The notes under the pieces are model-generated. The model was not told the origin of the DNA, ran no database searches, and saw only the letters and a list, made by a program, of their open reading frames with translations. Made by a program: the position numbers and the translations under genes. A DNA stretch of 18,469 nucleotides from Ginkgo biloba (taxonomy: Eukaryota > Plantae > Ginkgophyta), in the NCBI GenBank assembly GCA_024626585.2, contig JANKJI020000004.1, positions 53,821,125-53,839,593 on the forward strand. The letters are read 5' to 3'. This document shows positions 1-10,552 of this stretch, one piece after another; the stretch's first letter is position 1, and every line of letters begins with the position of its first letter.

Positions 1-660
1 TAGATAATATTTTGGAAGAGGTTGTAGGGTACAAAATTTATTCTTTTCTTAATGGATTCTTGGGATACAACTAGATCAACTTTATAGAAAAGGGTAAATT
101 GAAGACCCTCATTTAAGAGTATGTCATTTATGCATATAACAAAATGTTATTCAAGCTGTATAATGCCCCAACAATCTTATAAAGGATAATTTTATATGTG
201 TTCAATAAATTATCCATTAAGAAGGTGAAAGTTTTCTTAGATGATTGGTTGATGTATGGTGTAATACCAACTCATTTGTAGGTTGTCAAAAAATGCATGG
301 ATATTTGTCAAAGAGAAGGACTTTTTTTAATCTGAAAAAATGTTAGTTCATGGTATATAGTGGTAAATTACTTGAGCATATAGTGTGTGGAGAGACTAAA
401 AATAGACCCCAATAAAATTTGAGTAATTATAAATATAGCGTAGTCATGCAACTCTAATGGAATAAGAACATTTTGGGGACATATAGGATACTATTAGAGA
501 TTCATTAAGAANNNNNNNNNNNNNNNNNNNNNNNNNNNNNNNNNNNNNNNNNCATATCCTCTAAACAGGTTGTTGCAAAAGGGAGTTATTTTCACTTATT
601 GATCAAATCACTAATACATATTCAAGGAGTTGAAATTATGATTGGTAAGTGCTCCTATCT
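1..660 (+). pseudogene. Gypsy reverse transcriptase remnant
   Basis: DNILEEVVGYKIYSFLNGFLGYN*I (cf. YSFLDGFSGYNQI), MLFKLYNAP (cf. MPFGLCNAP), VFLDDW catalytic motif near 231-248, FWGHIGYY*RFIK thumb motif; multiple stops. Confidence 0.93.
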
Positions 661-679
661 TGGTTTTTCTTATCTAGGA

Positions 680-1050
680 CAAAAAATTTCATATACATGT
701 AGGCACGTCCCAGTTTGCTATCAGTTGTACCTTAGTGCAAGAAGGTGTAAATAAGTAGGATCATCCAATTTATTTCACTAGTCATCAATTGAATGATGCA
801 GAACGTAATTATAGTACGACAGAACAAAAAGGATTGGGTATAATATATTTAGTTCAAAAGTTCCACCACTATCTATTGGCAAATAAATTTGTATTTTTTG
901 TGGACCACCAATCTTTGTTGTATTTGGTTAATAAACCTATAGTGCATAGGAGGATCAATCGATAGCTTTTGTTGTTGCAAGAGTTCAACTTTCGGGTGGT
1001 GGTGAGACTAGGTAAATCACATGTAACATCCAACCACCTGTCACGTATAC
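680..1050 (+). pseudogene. Gypsy RNase H remnant
   Basis: FHIHVGTSQFAISCTLVQ..DHPIYFTSHQLNDAERNYSTTEQKGL..VQKFHHYLL..FVDHQSLLYLVNKP..LLLLQEFNF..NHLSRI. Confidence 0.95.
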
Positions 1051-1289
1051 AATCAAGAGAACCCCCGATAGGGGTAAAAGATGATTTTCCCAATGCACAA
1101 TTGTTTAGTGTCACCACCGCACAAAAATGGTACCAAGCCATTGTAGAATACTTATCGATAGGGACACTCTCAAAAACAATCCCCATAAGCCAACGGAGAG
1201 AAATTCCTAAGAAGTCAGGTCCTTTCAAGTTAATTGGAGGTCTCATGTATAAAATAGGCCCAAATCAAGCATTGACAATGTGTGTTTTT

Positions 1290-2300
1290 CCTCACGAGGT
1301 GGAAAAGATAATTTAGGAAGCACGTACCGGGCCCACTGAAGAGCACATTCATCACAAGTTGACAATGAGAAAAATCTTGCTAGGTGTTGGCAAATGTCAC
1401 ATCTCTTTACAAATTGCTAGTTAGATTGTGGTGGCCTCATGGGTTTTAAGATGCCAAGCAATTTGTAAAGAGATGTGACATTTGCCAACAAATGGGGAAG
1501 CCATCCAAAAGAGATGTCATGCCTTTACACCCAACCTTACCCCAAGAACTGTTGAGCATTAGAGCCTGGACTTTTTGGGTCCCTTCAAGCATCCATCCCA
1601 AAGAGGCTAGTGTAAGTACATAACCATGCAACAAAATACTTGACTAAATGGGTTGAAGCTCAAGCTCTACCAGACAACTCTTCCTAGAGCACCGCAGAAT
1701 TCTTTTGCAAGTGCATCATGACATAATTTCGCTGCCCGCATAAATTGACACGTGATAGAGAGGGGCCATTTTCCTCACGATGTGATCCAACATTTGACAA
1801 CGAAGTTCAAAATTTCACATCAGAATTTGAACCCATATTATCCAACGACAAAGCTCCAACAACGAAAAAGATATGGGTAGAAACATTATACAAAACTTGC
1901 GCAGTGGATAAGAAAGACTAGGCAGATCGACTCCCAATTGCATTATAAGCATTTCGCACATCATACAAAGTTACAAGTAGACACATGGCTAATAGTTGTT
2001 TTATGGGTAAGAAGCAAAAATGTCACTCAAGTTTGTAATTCCCAACCTTCGTATAGCTTTGGAAAACAAACTTGAAACAAGGCTAGTTTACGTATGAGGT
2101 TGGATAAGTTCCTAATGTTAGATAGGAGACGACTAATGGCACAATGGGCAACCTCTATTGCACAAAAACGAAGAAAGGAATGACATGATGGACATTTGTG
2201 CCGACATAATATCAAATTCGGATCTCAAGCACTGTTGTACGATGGAAAATCCATGATCAAACCAGGTAAGTTGAAAATCAAATGGCGAGGTCCTTTTATG
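1290..2300 (+). pseudogene. Gypsy integrase remnant (zinc-binding region, core, GPF tail truncated)
   Basis: LWWP..KQFVKRCDICQQMGK, KYLTKWVEAQALPDN, AFRTSYKVT, KPGKLKIKWRGPF; stops and frameshifts; similarity ends abruptly near 2300. Confidence 0.93.
1385..1490. repeat. Perfect 34-bp inverted repeat (1385-1418 / 1457-1490) from an inverted insertion inside the integrase
   Basis: TGTTGGCAAATGTCACATCTCTTTACAAATTGCT is the exact reverse complement of AGCAATTTGTAAAGAGATGTGACATTTGCCAACA; 38-nt spacer. Confidence 0.95.
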
Positions 2301-2964
2301 TGTTACAGCCTAGTCAAACTTAGTCAAAGGAAAGTAAAACTTGGTCAAAGGAGAAGTTCGAAGAAGAAAAAGCATTAGTTAAGCCTTTGGAAGCTAAACG
2401 ACCCTTATCTGCAAGGAAGAAGGTTAGAAAAGAGCTTAACTTGGAGTTAAGTATGTTAGTATTAAAATTGGCAGCTAATTATGATGGTGGGACCCTTAGA
2501 AGGGCTAAAAATAGGTTAAAATGCTAAANNNNNNNNNNNNNNNNNNNNNNNNNNNNNNNNNNNNNNNNNNNNNNNNNNNNNNNNNNNNNNNNNNNNNNNN
2601 NNNNNNNNNNNNNNNNNNNNNNNNNNNNGAAAAATTAGCAGCAAAAAACATGGCAGAAGGAACAACAATAGTTTTTGGAGGAACAAACTAGTTAGCTGAG
2701 GAAGGAAATCGAATATGGATTTCAACAACAAATTTAGGGGCTAGAGTGTAAATTGGCGAATAAGCGGTGAGATAGAACCAAAATTGCCCAAGCGGCTAAC
2801 ATTATGGTAAAGAAGGCGGAAAGGATTGAAAAGAAACTTAACAAATTTCCCGGAGCGAATGCTTGGTGTTCCTAACCCATGGAAATATAGGCTACTACTA
2901 GTGAGCCTATAATAGTGGTAACAACTTCCTTTATGCATTCACATTCTTCCTAATTTTCTATGTT

Positions 2965-2999
2965 TTGAGTAGGACATTCAAGTCTTAGTAGGGGGTAGA
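2965..2999 (+). promoter_or_regulatory. AGGAC hairpin plus polypurine tract preceding a 3' LTR
   Basis: TTGAGT-AGGAC-ATTCAA, then AGTAGGGGGTAGA immediately before TGTTAGT at 3000. Confidence 0.7.
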
Positions 3000-3543
3000 T
3001 GTTAGTGGTTAATTTCTGATGTGGTTAGCCCCGACATTTTGTGTAAGTAGGGAGCAACCTTTGATTATGTAGAATGTAGCTTGGGGAGTTAGATGACAGA
3101 GGGGAACTCTCAGGCGAATGTCAAAGAGTTACTTGATAGGTCTCTAATTAGATATTATAGTGGATTGATTAATGTATTATTGCCTCGAGAGTTGTTGAGG
3201 TTCAGTACACCAACTGCCCCCAACAAACACTCTCTGCTTGTATGGGGTCCCCCTCACGATAAAGGCCCCCCATTATTTTTGAGAGGCAAGCCTAGTTTGA
3301 TGTAGCTTGGTCATACTATTTTGTCTGATCTATATTGATCCCCTTGTACATTCTTTCCCCCAACAATGTAAAACTCTTGTTATTGTCTATCTCTGTATAT
3401 CTCTGATTCTCTATGTATATCATTGATATTCTAATTCTTTGTATGGTTTCTCTAATATAGATAAATGGTAATTGTGTTTAAGTGGTAATTCCTCAACCTC
3501 AATGCCCTCCTTAGGTCTGTAACCTTGGAAATTATACTCAACA
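3000..3543 (+). repeat. Putative 3' LTR (~544 bp, TGTT...AACA)
   Basis: Starts TGTTAG directly after the PPT; non-coding, T-rich distal part; candidate end CTCAACA at 3543. The end is inferred because no paired LTR is visible. Confidence 0.6.
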
Positions 3544-3665
3544 CAAGAGACCATTCTTGAAGGTGCGTAAATACATCAATGGGCGCATATTATATAATGA
3601 AGTAGGGAGACAAATTTTTCCTANNNNNNNNNNNNNNNNNNNNNNNNNNNNNNNNNNNNNNNNNN

Positions 3666-3922
3666 TATCCTTTATCAATAGAATCAACATACACAGCCCC
3701 TGAGGGCATGGCGCAACGATTGCGGCTTTGGGTTGATACCCACCGAACCGGGGTTCCAATCCCCCGATTTACCATCTGCAGATAGAAAGGGGCGGCTTTG
3801 CCACGGCCTGGGGAGATTAGTTTAGCGGGGACGTTGACCGTCAACATGTAGTATTGCGGGCGTAAGCCTTTTGCCTGCTTGGCGACCACTGGACCGTCAG
3901 GAACTCCTCGGGTCTGGAAAAA
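3666..3922 (-). other. GC/CpG-rich island between N gaps with an uninterrupted minus-strand frame (unknown protein fragment)
   Basis: About 54% GC and about 16 CpG by hand count, against an AT-rich CpG-poor background; frame FFQTRGVPDGPVVAKQAKGLRPQYYMLTVNVPAKLISPGRGKAAPFYLQMVNRGIGTPVRWVSTQSRNRCAMPSGAVYVDSIDKG has no stop. Confidence 0.4.
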
Positions 3923-4162
3923 NNNNNNNNNNNNNNNNNNNNNNNNNNNNNNNNNNNNNNNNNNNNNNNNNNNNNNNNNNNNNNNNNNNNNNNNNNNNNN
4001 NNNNNNNNNNNNNNNNNNNNNNAATTTCAATAATAGTGATCATGCTCAGTGTTGATAACCATTAGAGTAGTACATAAGTATATTATTATAGTAGAATAAG
4101 AAGGGATTAGTTATCTATTAGGCATTTTTCATTCATCTCTTCGTATAAACTATTATTCTATT

Positions 4163-4300
4163 GACATTTCTCGTTCATCTAATGAACAAATGTCATTCAT
4201 ATAATAACATTTCTCATTTATCTAATGAGAAATGGTCATTTGTCTAATGCCATTGGTCATTCATCTAACGAGAAATGGTTGTTTATCTAACAAGCAATGG
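4163..4300 (+). repeat. Degenerate 21-22-bp minisatellite (~6 units, consensus about TCATTCATCTAATGAGAAATGG)
   Basis: Units: tcgttcatctaatgaacaaatg / tcattcatataataacatttc / tcatttatctaatgagaaatgg / tcatttgtctaatgccattgg / tcattcatctaacgagaaatgg / ttgtttatctaacaagcaatgg. Confidence 0.8.
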
Positions 4301-4349
4301 AAATAGTTAACTAATCCATCTATTAACAAATTTAGCGAATGTGTAAAGG

Positions 4350-5600
4350 CTATAAACATGGATTTCGTAATAGACTAGATAGAAATTGAGATGCATCCCG
4401 TAAATGACCTCTCCTGTTGTAACTATTGAGTTCATATCATAAATATAGGTAAGTTGAATTGGGAAAATCATTTCTATATCAATAAAGCAATGAAGCATTA
4501 AAATATATTCTATTATGTAAAGTTGAAGTGTTGGATCAAATGTATGAGCCAAAAAGAGAGTTGCAAAGGCGGTTCGAGGTAAATAGATGCTTGGAGAAAT
4601 ATGGCCTTTGTGCAAGGAGGAGATATTAAACACTCCATGTGAAGAATAAGTTAAACAGAAGCATATGAGGCTAAAAAGAATTAAGTAGTAGTTGGAACAT
4701 CAGGCTAAGAAATTGAACCTTTTCAATTGGGGCACGTAAAGGTTTACATTGATGAAGAAATGGAAGAGTTGAGAAAAATAGATGCAAAGCAAGAGAGCTT
4801 TGAAAGTGAAGATAGAGGGAAAGAGCTTGAAGAGCTCAGAACAAAGACACATGCACTTTTGATAGTTGGGGAACCTGCGGGAGATGATCTAGGTTTAGAT
4901 AAAGACAATGATGATATAGGACCAAGTAATATGGTGTCCAATAATAGGGATCACATAAATATACTTGACAAAGAAGTTGGGAAGGCTATAGGGCCTAAGT
5001 TGGAAAACAAAGACGTAATTGGATGTTAAAGAGCAGAGGGCATATTGCTACATCTTATAAAGGGACTAGAAAAGGAGCTAGCTTGGTAGCTACCCAAGTC
5101 AACCCTTAAGTAGATGCAACTACTATAGTTGGTGGTAATGGAAGTATAGATAATGTTTTGGTTAAAGGACTAGTGGGAAGTAATTATGGTGGATATGAGG
5201 AAGACCCAATGGAAAAGAAGGTAGATAAAGTCCACACAATAGAATTTGTTAAAGAGGTTAAAGACCAAGAACTCAAATGCTAAGTATGGATAACAAGATA
5301 CCAAAGGCAAAGTACTTGAAGGACAAGGACAAGGGTCTAGAGCAACAATTGACCATTGGAAAACCTCAATAAAATGGTGTAGATGAGTCGTTATTGACAA
5401 TTTTCAAGTTGTTGAAATGAAATGTATCCGTTGAAGCTTTGCAAAGTAAATAGAAGATTGCAAAAAGGAAGTAGAAGCTTGATTTAAAGAGGAAGAAGGT
5501 GGAATTGTGAAAGATATTAAACTAGGATTCAAGAACAATATAACACATGAACACGCAAGAGATTGGGTAGAATTGGTCGACCACTTTATTATTTCAAATT
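4350..5600 (+). pseudogene. Decayed purine-rich coding-like region (K/E/D-rich), probably TE-derived; family unassigned
   Basis: GA-rich + strand with charged peptide stretches (e.g. ORF 4727-5029) interrupted by stops; no diagnostic motif recognised. Confidence 0.3.
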
Positions 5601-5887
5601 ATGAATAAATAAACAATGGGTACAGGTTTTTTTTTAAAGACTTACCCCAAAAGTAACTTCCACAGGAAGTTATCTCTATGTATAACTGCATTTACATAAA
5701 GAATACAAACATTAATTAAATTTACACTTTGGGACTCATACTTAAATGTACAAATATTAACGTTAAAATATAATGAATAAACATTAANNNNNNNNNNNNN
5801 NNNNNNNNNNNNNNNNNNNNNNNNNNNNNNNNNNNNNNNNNNNNNNNNNNNNNNNNNNNNNNNNNNNNNNNNNNNNNNNNNNNNNNN

Positions 5888-6030
5888 TAGAAGGCAGTGC
5901 AGGTCTGGGCGACAAAGCTGAGCTTGAATGATGTTTCATCTTGTTTTAGCTCCCTGGCCCGCGCTGCTTCAGGCACATAGCCACCCGTTGGTTTAAGTGG
6001 GTCCCACTAGGTCACCCATTTTTACCAACA
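5888..6030. repeat. Terminus of an LTR (…TTTTACCAACA) abutting the RT thumb of the next Gypsy fragment
   Basis: GC-richer block next to an N gap that ends in CCAACA (reverse complement TGTTGG, a canonical LTR end) exactly where RT similarity begins. Confidence 0.55.
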
Positions 6031-7675
6031 ATAGGTAAAAAGATTTCTAGGATTAACAAGATATGATTGGAATATTATTAAAGGCTATGCATTTATATCC
6101 CGACCACTTAAAGCACTATTAAAGAAATGAATAGAATGGGTATGGACTAACGAGCAACTGGAGGCCTTAAAATAGAAGATTGTTCACGCATTAATCTTAT
6201 GCTTCCCTAATCATGTAGATGCCTCGTTATTCGCCATTAGTTGCATTCCATCTCAACTTGGAGAGGGAAATGTTGATCACCCTCTTTACTTGACAAGCCA
6301 AAAATTGACTTTAGTTGAACATATCCATATTGTAGTAGAAAGAGAAAGACTTGGCATGGTCTATTCATCACAAAAATTCTGGCACTACCTACTCGCAACA
6401 TATATTTATCTTTTTGTGGATCATCTAACCATACTATATCTAATCAATAAACCACTTTTACAACGGCAAATCAATAGCTTGTTGTTGTTATTTAAAGAGT
6501 TTTACTTTTCCATAGTGGTGAAACCACTAGCAAGACATGATGTTCTAGACCAACTCTCGCGCATAAATACAAGAGAAGTAGTAGGTGGCAAAGATGATTT
6601 TCTAGACGCAACCTTGTTTGATGAAACAACAATCCCAAACCAGTATGGTGATATAGTCTAATATTTGACAAATGCTAGTTGAACTAGAGAAAAACAAACA
6701 CTGCAACTTATAATAGAGTTCAAAACCATATCAATTAATTGATGGAGTACTCTATAGATTAGGAACAAACCATATCCTATGGTGTTGCACTGTAGAACAT
6801 GAGGTACCTGCCCTATTACGAGAAGATCATGAGGGGGTAGCTAGGGGCCATTTGGGAAGTGAAAACACAACATTGAAGCCACTATTAGTAGGACTATGGT
6901 GGCCCACCTTGTTTAAAGATGCAAAAAATTGGGCTAAGAATTATGATGTATGCTAAAGGGTAGGCAAATTGAGAGCAGCGCACCATCAACCATTACAACT
7001 GATCTTGACTCAATGCCCATTCAAAAATGGGGATTAGATTTTGTACAATCTATCAATCCCGCCACGCAGCGTACTAGAGCTTGCCATATTTGTTAGCCAC
7101 ATACTATGTCACAAAATGGGTGGAAGCAAACACCTCATGCAACTTACGCAACTGTAATGCACAAAGCACAACACAATTTTTATATGAAATGGTTACTACG
7201 CAGTTTAGGTGCCCCATCAAAATTGTTAGCAATCAGAGGGCTACATTCCTCTACCAAAAAATCAAACATCTAACCCAGGAACTTATGATTATTTATCGAA
7301 AATCAACACCATAGTACTCGGGTGCAAACGGGCTTGCCAAAAGCACAAATAAAATTCTGAAAAGGGTTCTAATCAAAATTTGTAATGGTGGTTGCAATAA
7401 CTAGGCAAAAAAAATATATTTAGTACTATGGGCAGATCAGATGGATCTACCCCATTTCACCTAGTATATGGAGAAGAAGCAATTATGCCATTTGAATTTC
7501 TAGTTCTTAGGCATTGCTATAAAACATAGTTTAGGAAATGTGCAATCACACAAAATCCGCTTACATACTTTAAATCAGTTGGATGAAGCTCGTACCCTCG
7601 CACATTGGCAATGAGAAGTGAGCCAAAAATGTGCGTGCGCGTGCACGTGCGTGGTATAGACAAAATATCCAACAC
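6031..7675 (+). mobile_element. Second degenerate Ty3/Gypsy pol fragment (RT thumb-RNase H-integrase)
   Basis: VKRFLGLT..IKGYA, HVDASLFAI..GEGNVDHPLY..SQKFWHYLL..VDH, HEGVARGH..GLWWPTLFKDAK, WGLDFV, YYVTKWVEA, RKSTP*Y..ANGLAKSTNK, PFHLVYGEEAIMPFEF; many stops. Confidence 0.93.
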
Positions 7676-8577
7676 GTTGAAATCCCATCTTTTACCCAAT
7701 CCTCTTATAAGGATAATCCACAACCCTCAAAAGCTTGGCAATATGTAGTTCTTCACAACCACGTCTGGGCAATATGCATATTAGGAATGGGTTAGCAAAC
7801 CCCTTGTAGCATGATCCATTACACTTAGGATGAACTGTGATGGTCAATACAACGATCTCCAAAAACTTTCTCTCACTCAAACGCTACCAACTCACCCTAG
7901 GACAATGATTTTCAACAATAACACTATCGAGGCTAAAGCCGAGAGAAGGGCGTGCTCTCCTATTAACAGGTTGCACAACACCACCCAAGCAGTGAATTCA
8001 ATGCACTGCCACAGTTTTCGATCTTAATCTCCCACATGCATTATGCATTGGCCCAAGCAAACTGAAAACATTTGCATAGCTTCTCCCAACAGATTATGCA
8101 AATATCTCAACAATCAGAAAAAAGTAAAGTTATCCTTCCCATCATCATAATTATCAAACAATAGTTACATCAAATTTTGTCGCACACCTGCACAATCCTC
8201 AAGATAAGTTGCCACTTGGTCTAATTATCAAATAATCATGATACAAACAAAATCATGTGCCTCTTACCTAATGCCATTAGCAGAATCTGATTCCGAGTTG
8301 TATGAAAAACTCTCGAAATCAAAGCAACTTGATACCACAACTGAACACCATGTACAAAGGAAGAATACATTAACCAAAATACAATCCTGGCATCTTCCAA
8401 CCCAATCCAAATTATTTGGACACCTGCAAACATCATGTTTCAAATGTCCTATGAATTGCATGCAAAGCATTCTTAATATCCTGGAAGCCTCCTTGGATTT
8501 CTTTGCGTCTTGCATTAATCTGCACTCAGATGCCTTTATAGAACAGCTGCAAGATCATTGAGGATATAAGTAAAGCT
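7675..8577 (-). other. Unassigned ~900-bp segment: minus-strand LTR-like sequence and/or spliced gene fragment
   Basis: Minus strand has TTTGCAG|GT (8424), AG|GTAAGA (8267) and TGTGCAG|GT (8188). Left edge CGTTGAAA at 7675 resembles a mutated TGTTG LTR terminus. Confidence 0.3.
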
Positions 8578-10000
8578 GTGAGACTTCCCATATATGCAGA
8601 ATGACAAGGCAGGAGTATGTAAGAACTGTGTGTCAGGAGTCCATGTCTGAAAATTGCCCTAGAAAAGATAAAGGAGTAATGCTAGTAACCAAGATTTTAG
8701 ATGGAAAACAAAATTATGATGTGTAGGTATGCACAAGATTGGGTAAGAAGATGAAGAATACAAAGCAAACAGAGAAATATTTTCCCAACCGAAAAAGAAG
8801 AAGAACCATTTCCTTGCTGCCAAGGAGGCACTCGAAACAGCAGACTGGGAAGCCAAGGCCAAGTGGTAGGAGGCTAGGAAGCTTGAAGGGGAAGCAAAAG
8901 GGCTACAATCCGAATGGCACAACAAGAAATTGAGAAAATCAGTAGGAAACAGAAAATTACAAAGATGTATATTCGCAAACAACCCAAGGAGTCACCAACT
9001 GCAGTGCCAACGTGAGAAACCAAAACATCAATGACAGTGTTAGTACTAGCTACACTAACAATAATGAGAAATTAGAAGTTCTTAAACAATTCGCTTGATC
9101 TGAGATTGAGCATATCCTTGTCTATGCTTTTCCAACTTTGGGAGTTGGAGCAGTTACAAAAAATTACAAAAGTTGTTTTGGATGATGAAACAAAGCTGGG
9201 AAGGCGACTAGAACCAAATTAAGATCAATAGCCATACATCCCATTGCAATTTTTTGATATATAGTCGATAAAGCAACTGTAGACGGCAGGTCAAGAGCCA
9301 ACGTACTGCCAGAAAATACTTGGAAATTGGAAAGCAATTCGGTGTCCTGCCATGACACTTGCACATTACATGGCGATCAGTCCCAAGTACAACCCCTTAG
9401 GGATGGTTGAGAATGTACCTATTACAGTTGCAGGAATTATTGTGTTGCAANNNNNNNNNNNNNNNNNNNNNNNNNNNNNNNNNNNNNNNNNNNNNNNNNN
9501 NNNNNNNNNNNNNNNNNNNNNNNNNNNNNNNNNNNNNNNNNNNNNNNNNNNNNNNNNNNNNNNNNNNNNNNNNNNNNNNNNNNNNNNNNNNNNNNNNNNN
9601 NNNNNNNNNNNNNNNNNNNNNNNNNNNNNNNNNNNNNNNNNNNNNNNNNNNNNNNNNNNNNNNNNNNNNNNNNNNNNNNNNNNNNNNNNNNNNNNNNNNN
9701 NNCGTGGCAAAGAATGACGAGGTACACAAACCCAACACACGAGGAGAAATTGAGATTGAAATTAGTTCTGATGACATCAACTCCGCATGTTTCATGGTAA
9801 ATTGGTTACAGGAGGCATGCAACCCTAATGGACCATCATGCTACAACATATGAAGAAGTTGTAATATACCAATTAAAGAAGAAAAGAATGAACCAACTAA
9901 TGAGGAGGGTGTTAGCAATAACTTAACTGATGAAAATTGAACTAAGTCAATTGAAGTAGTTAATTATAACACCACCTTGCAAACTCTTCAGTTCAAATGA
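8578..10000 (+). mobile_element. Degenerate Gypsy gag C-terminus, aspartic protease and PR-RT linker
   Basis: DFPYMQNDKAGVCKNCVSGVH..ENCP zinc knuckle (~8580-8660); protease motif ATVDGRSRANVLPENTWK (cf. IDGGSGVNIL) and PLGMVENVPITVAGI (~9270-9450); interrupted by N gap 9451-9702. Confidence 0.8.
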
Positions 10001-10552
10001 GTCGTTTTGTACAAATCAAAAACCAAAAAACTTCATAAAAAGCAACAGAGAATAATGGATTTCCCTAGTTAGAAATGCATGCAGTTACATAGTTCTAAAC
10101 AAGCAATAACAAAAGTTGTGGGTGGATTGTTGGAGCGATATGATTGTGTATAGGCTCATTGAAATCAAGAAGTGTTGTCTTGAGCTCGATCTCATACAAT
10201 ACATGCAGGAATATGGATTGGAACACCGTCAACAGTTAGTGGATTAGTGTGGATCTTGGTGCACGGGAGCCGTAGGAGGCAGCACCACGATCATATTGCC
10301 TTACAATGAGATCAAGTGTATCGTAGACGTGTTACGGTATGGGAATGGTTTGGTGGTTATACGGAAATCCATAAAAAGATGATGAATAGTGGAGAAAGAT
10401 AAAACACCAAACGAAAAATCTTGCTAACTTGTATCTTTTGATTTTTGGTTATATATCATTGCATGAACGTTGTATAGAGATGAAGAATGACACAAAAAAT
10501 TGTGGCATAAATAGCTACNNNNNNNNNNNNNNNNNNNNNNNNNNNNNNNNNN

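Larger units (their letters stand above)
1..3543 (+). mobile_element. Degenerate Ty3/Gypsy LTR retrotransposon (non-chromovirus type), 3' part: RT-RNase H-integrase, extra coding-like region, PPT and 3' LTR; truncated by window start
   Basis: Domain order RT-RH-INT (Gypsy order) read in broken frames, followed by a purine tract and a TGTT...AACA-bounded segment. That 2301-3543 belongs to the same element as 1-2300 is inferred. Confidence 0.85.

Noticed and set aside
1385-1490. MITE or mini-LTR element with TGTTGG…CCAACA ends
   Set aside because: The right arm and spacer are native in-frame integrase sequence (LWWP..KQFVKRCDICQQ); only the left arm is inserted.
869-1634. Minus-strand ORFs over pol
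   Set aside because: Antisense shadows of RNase H/integrase coding sequence.
4163-4300. CRISPR-like palindromic repeat array
   Set aside because: Units are adjacent with no unique spacers, are degenerate, have no cas genes nearby, and the context is eukaryotic.
7631-7653. GTGC-type alternating purine-pyrimidine run
   Set aside because: Short local slippage inside the integrase tail (..SQK…RAWY); no evidence of function.
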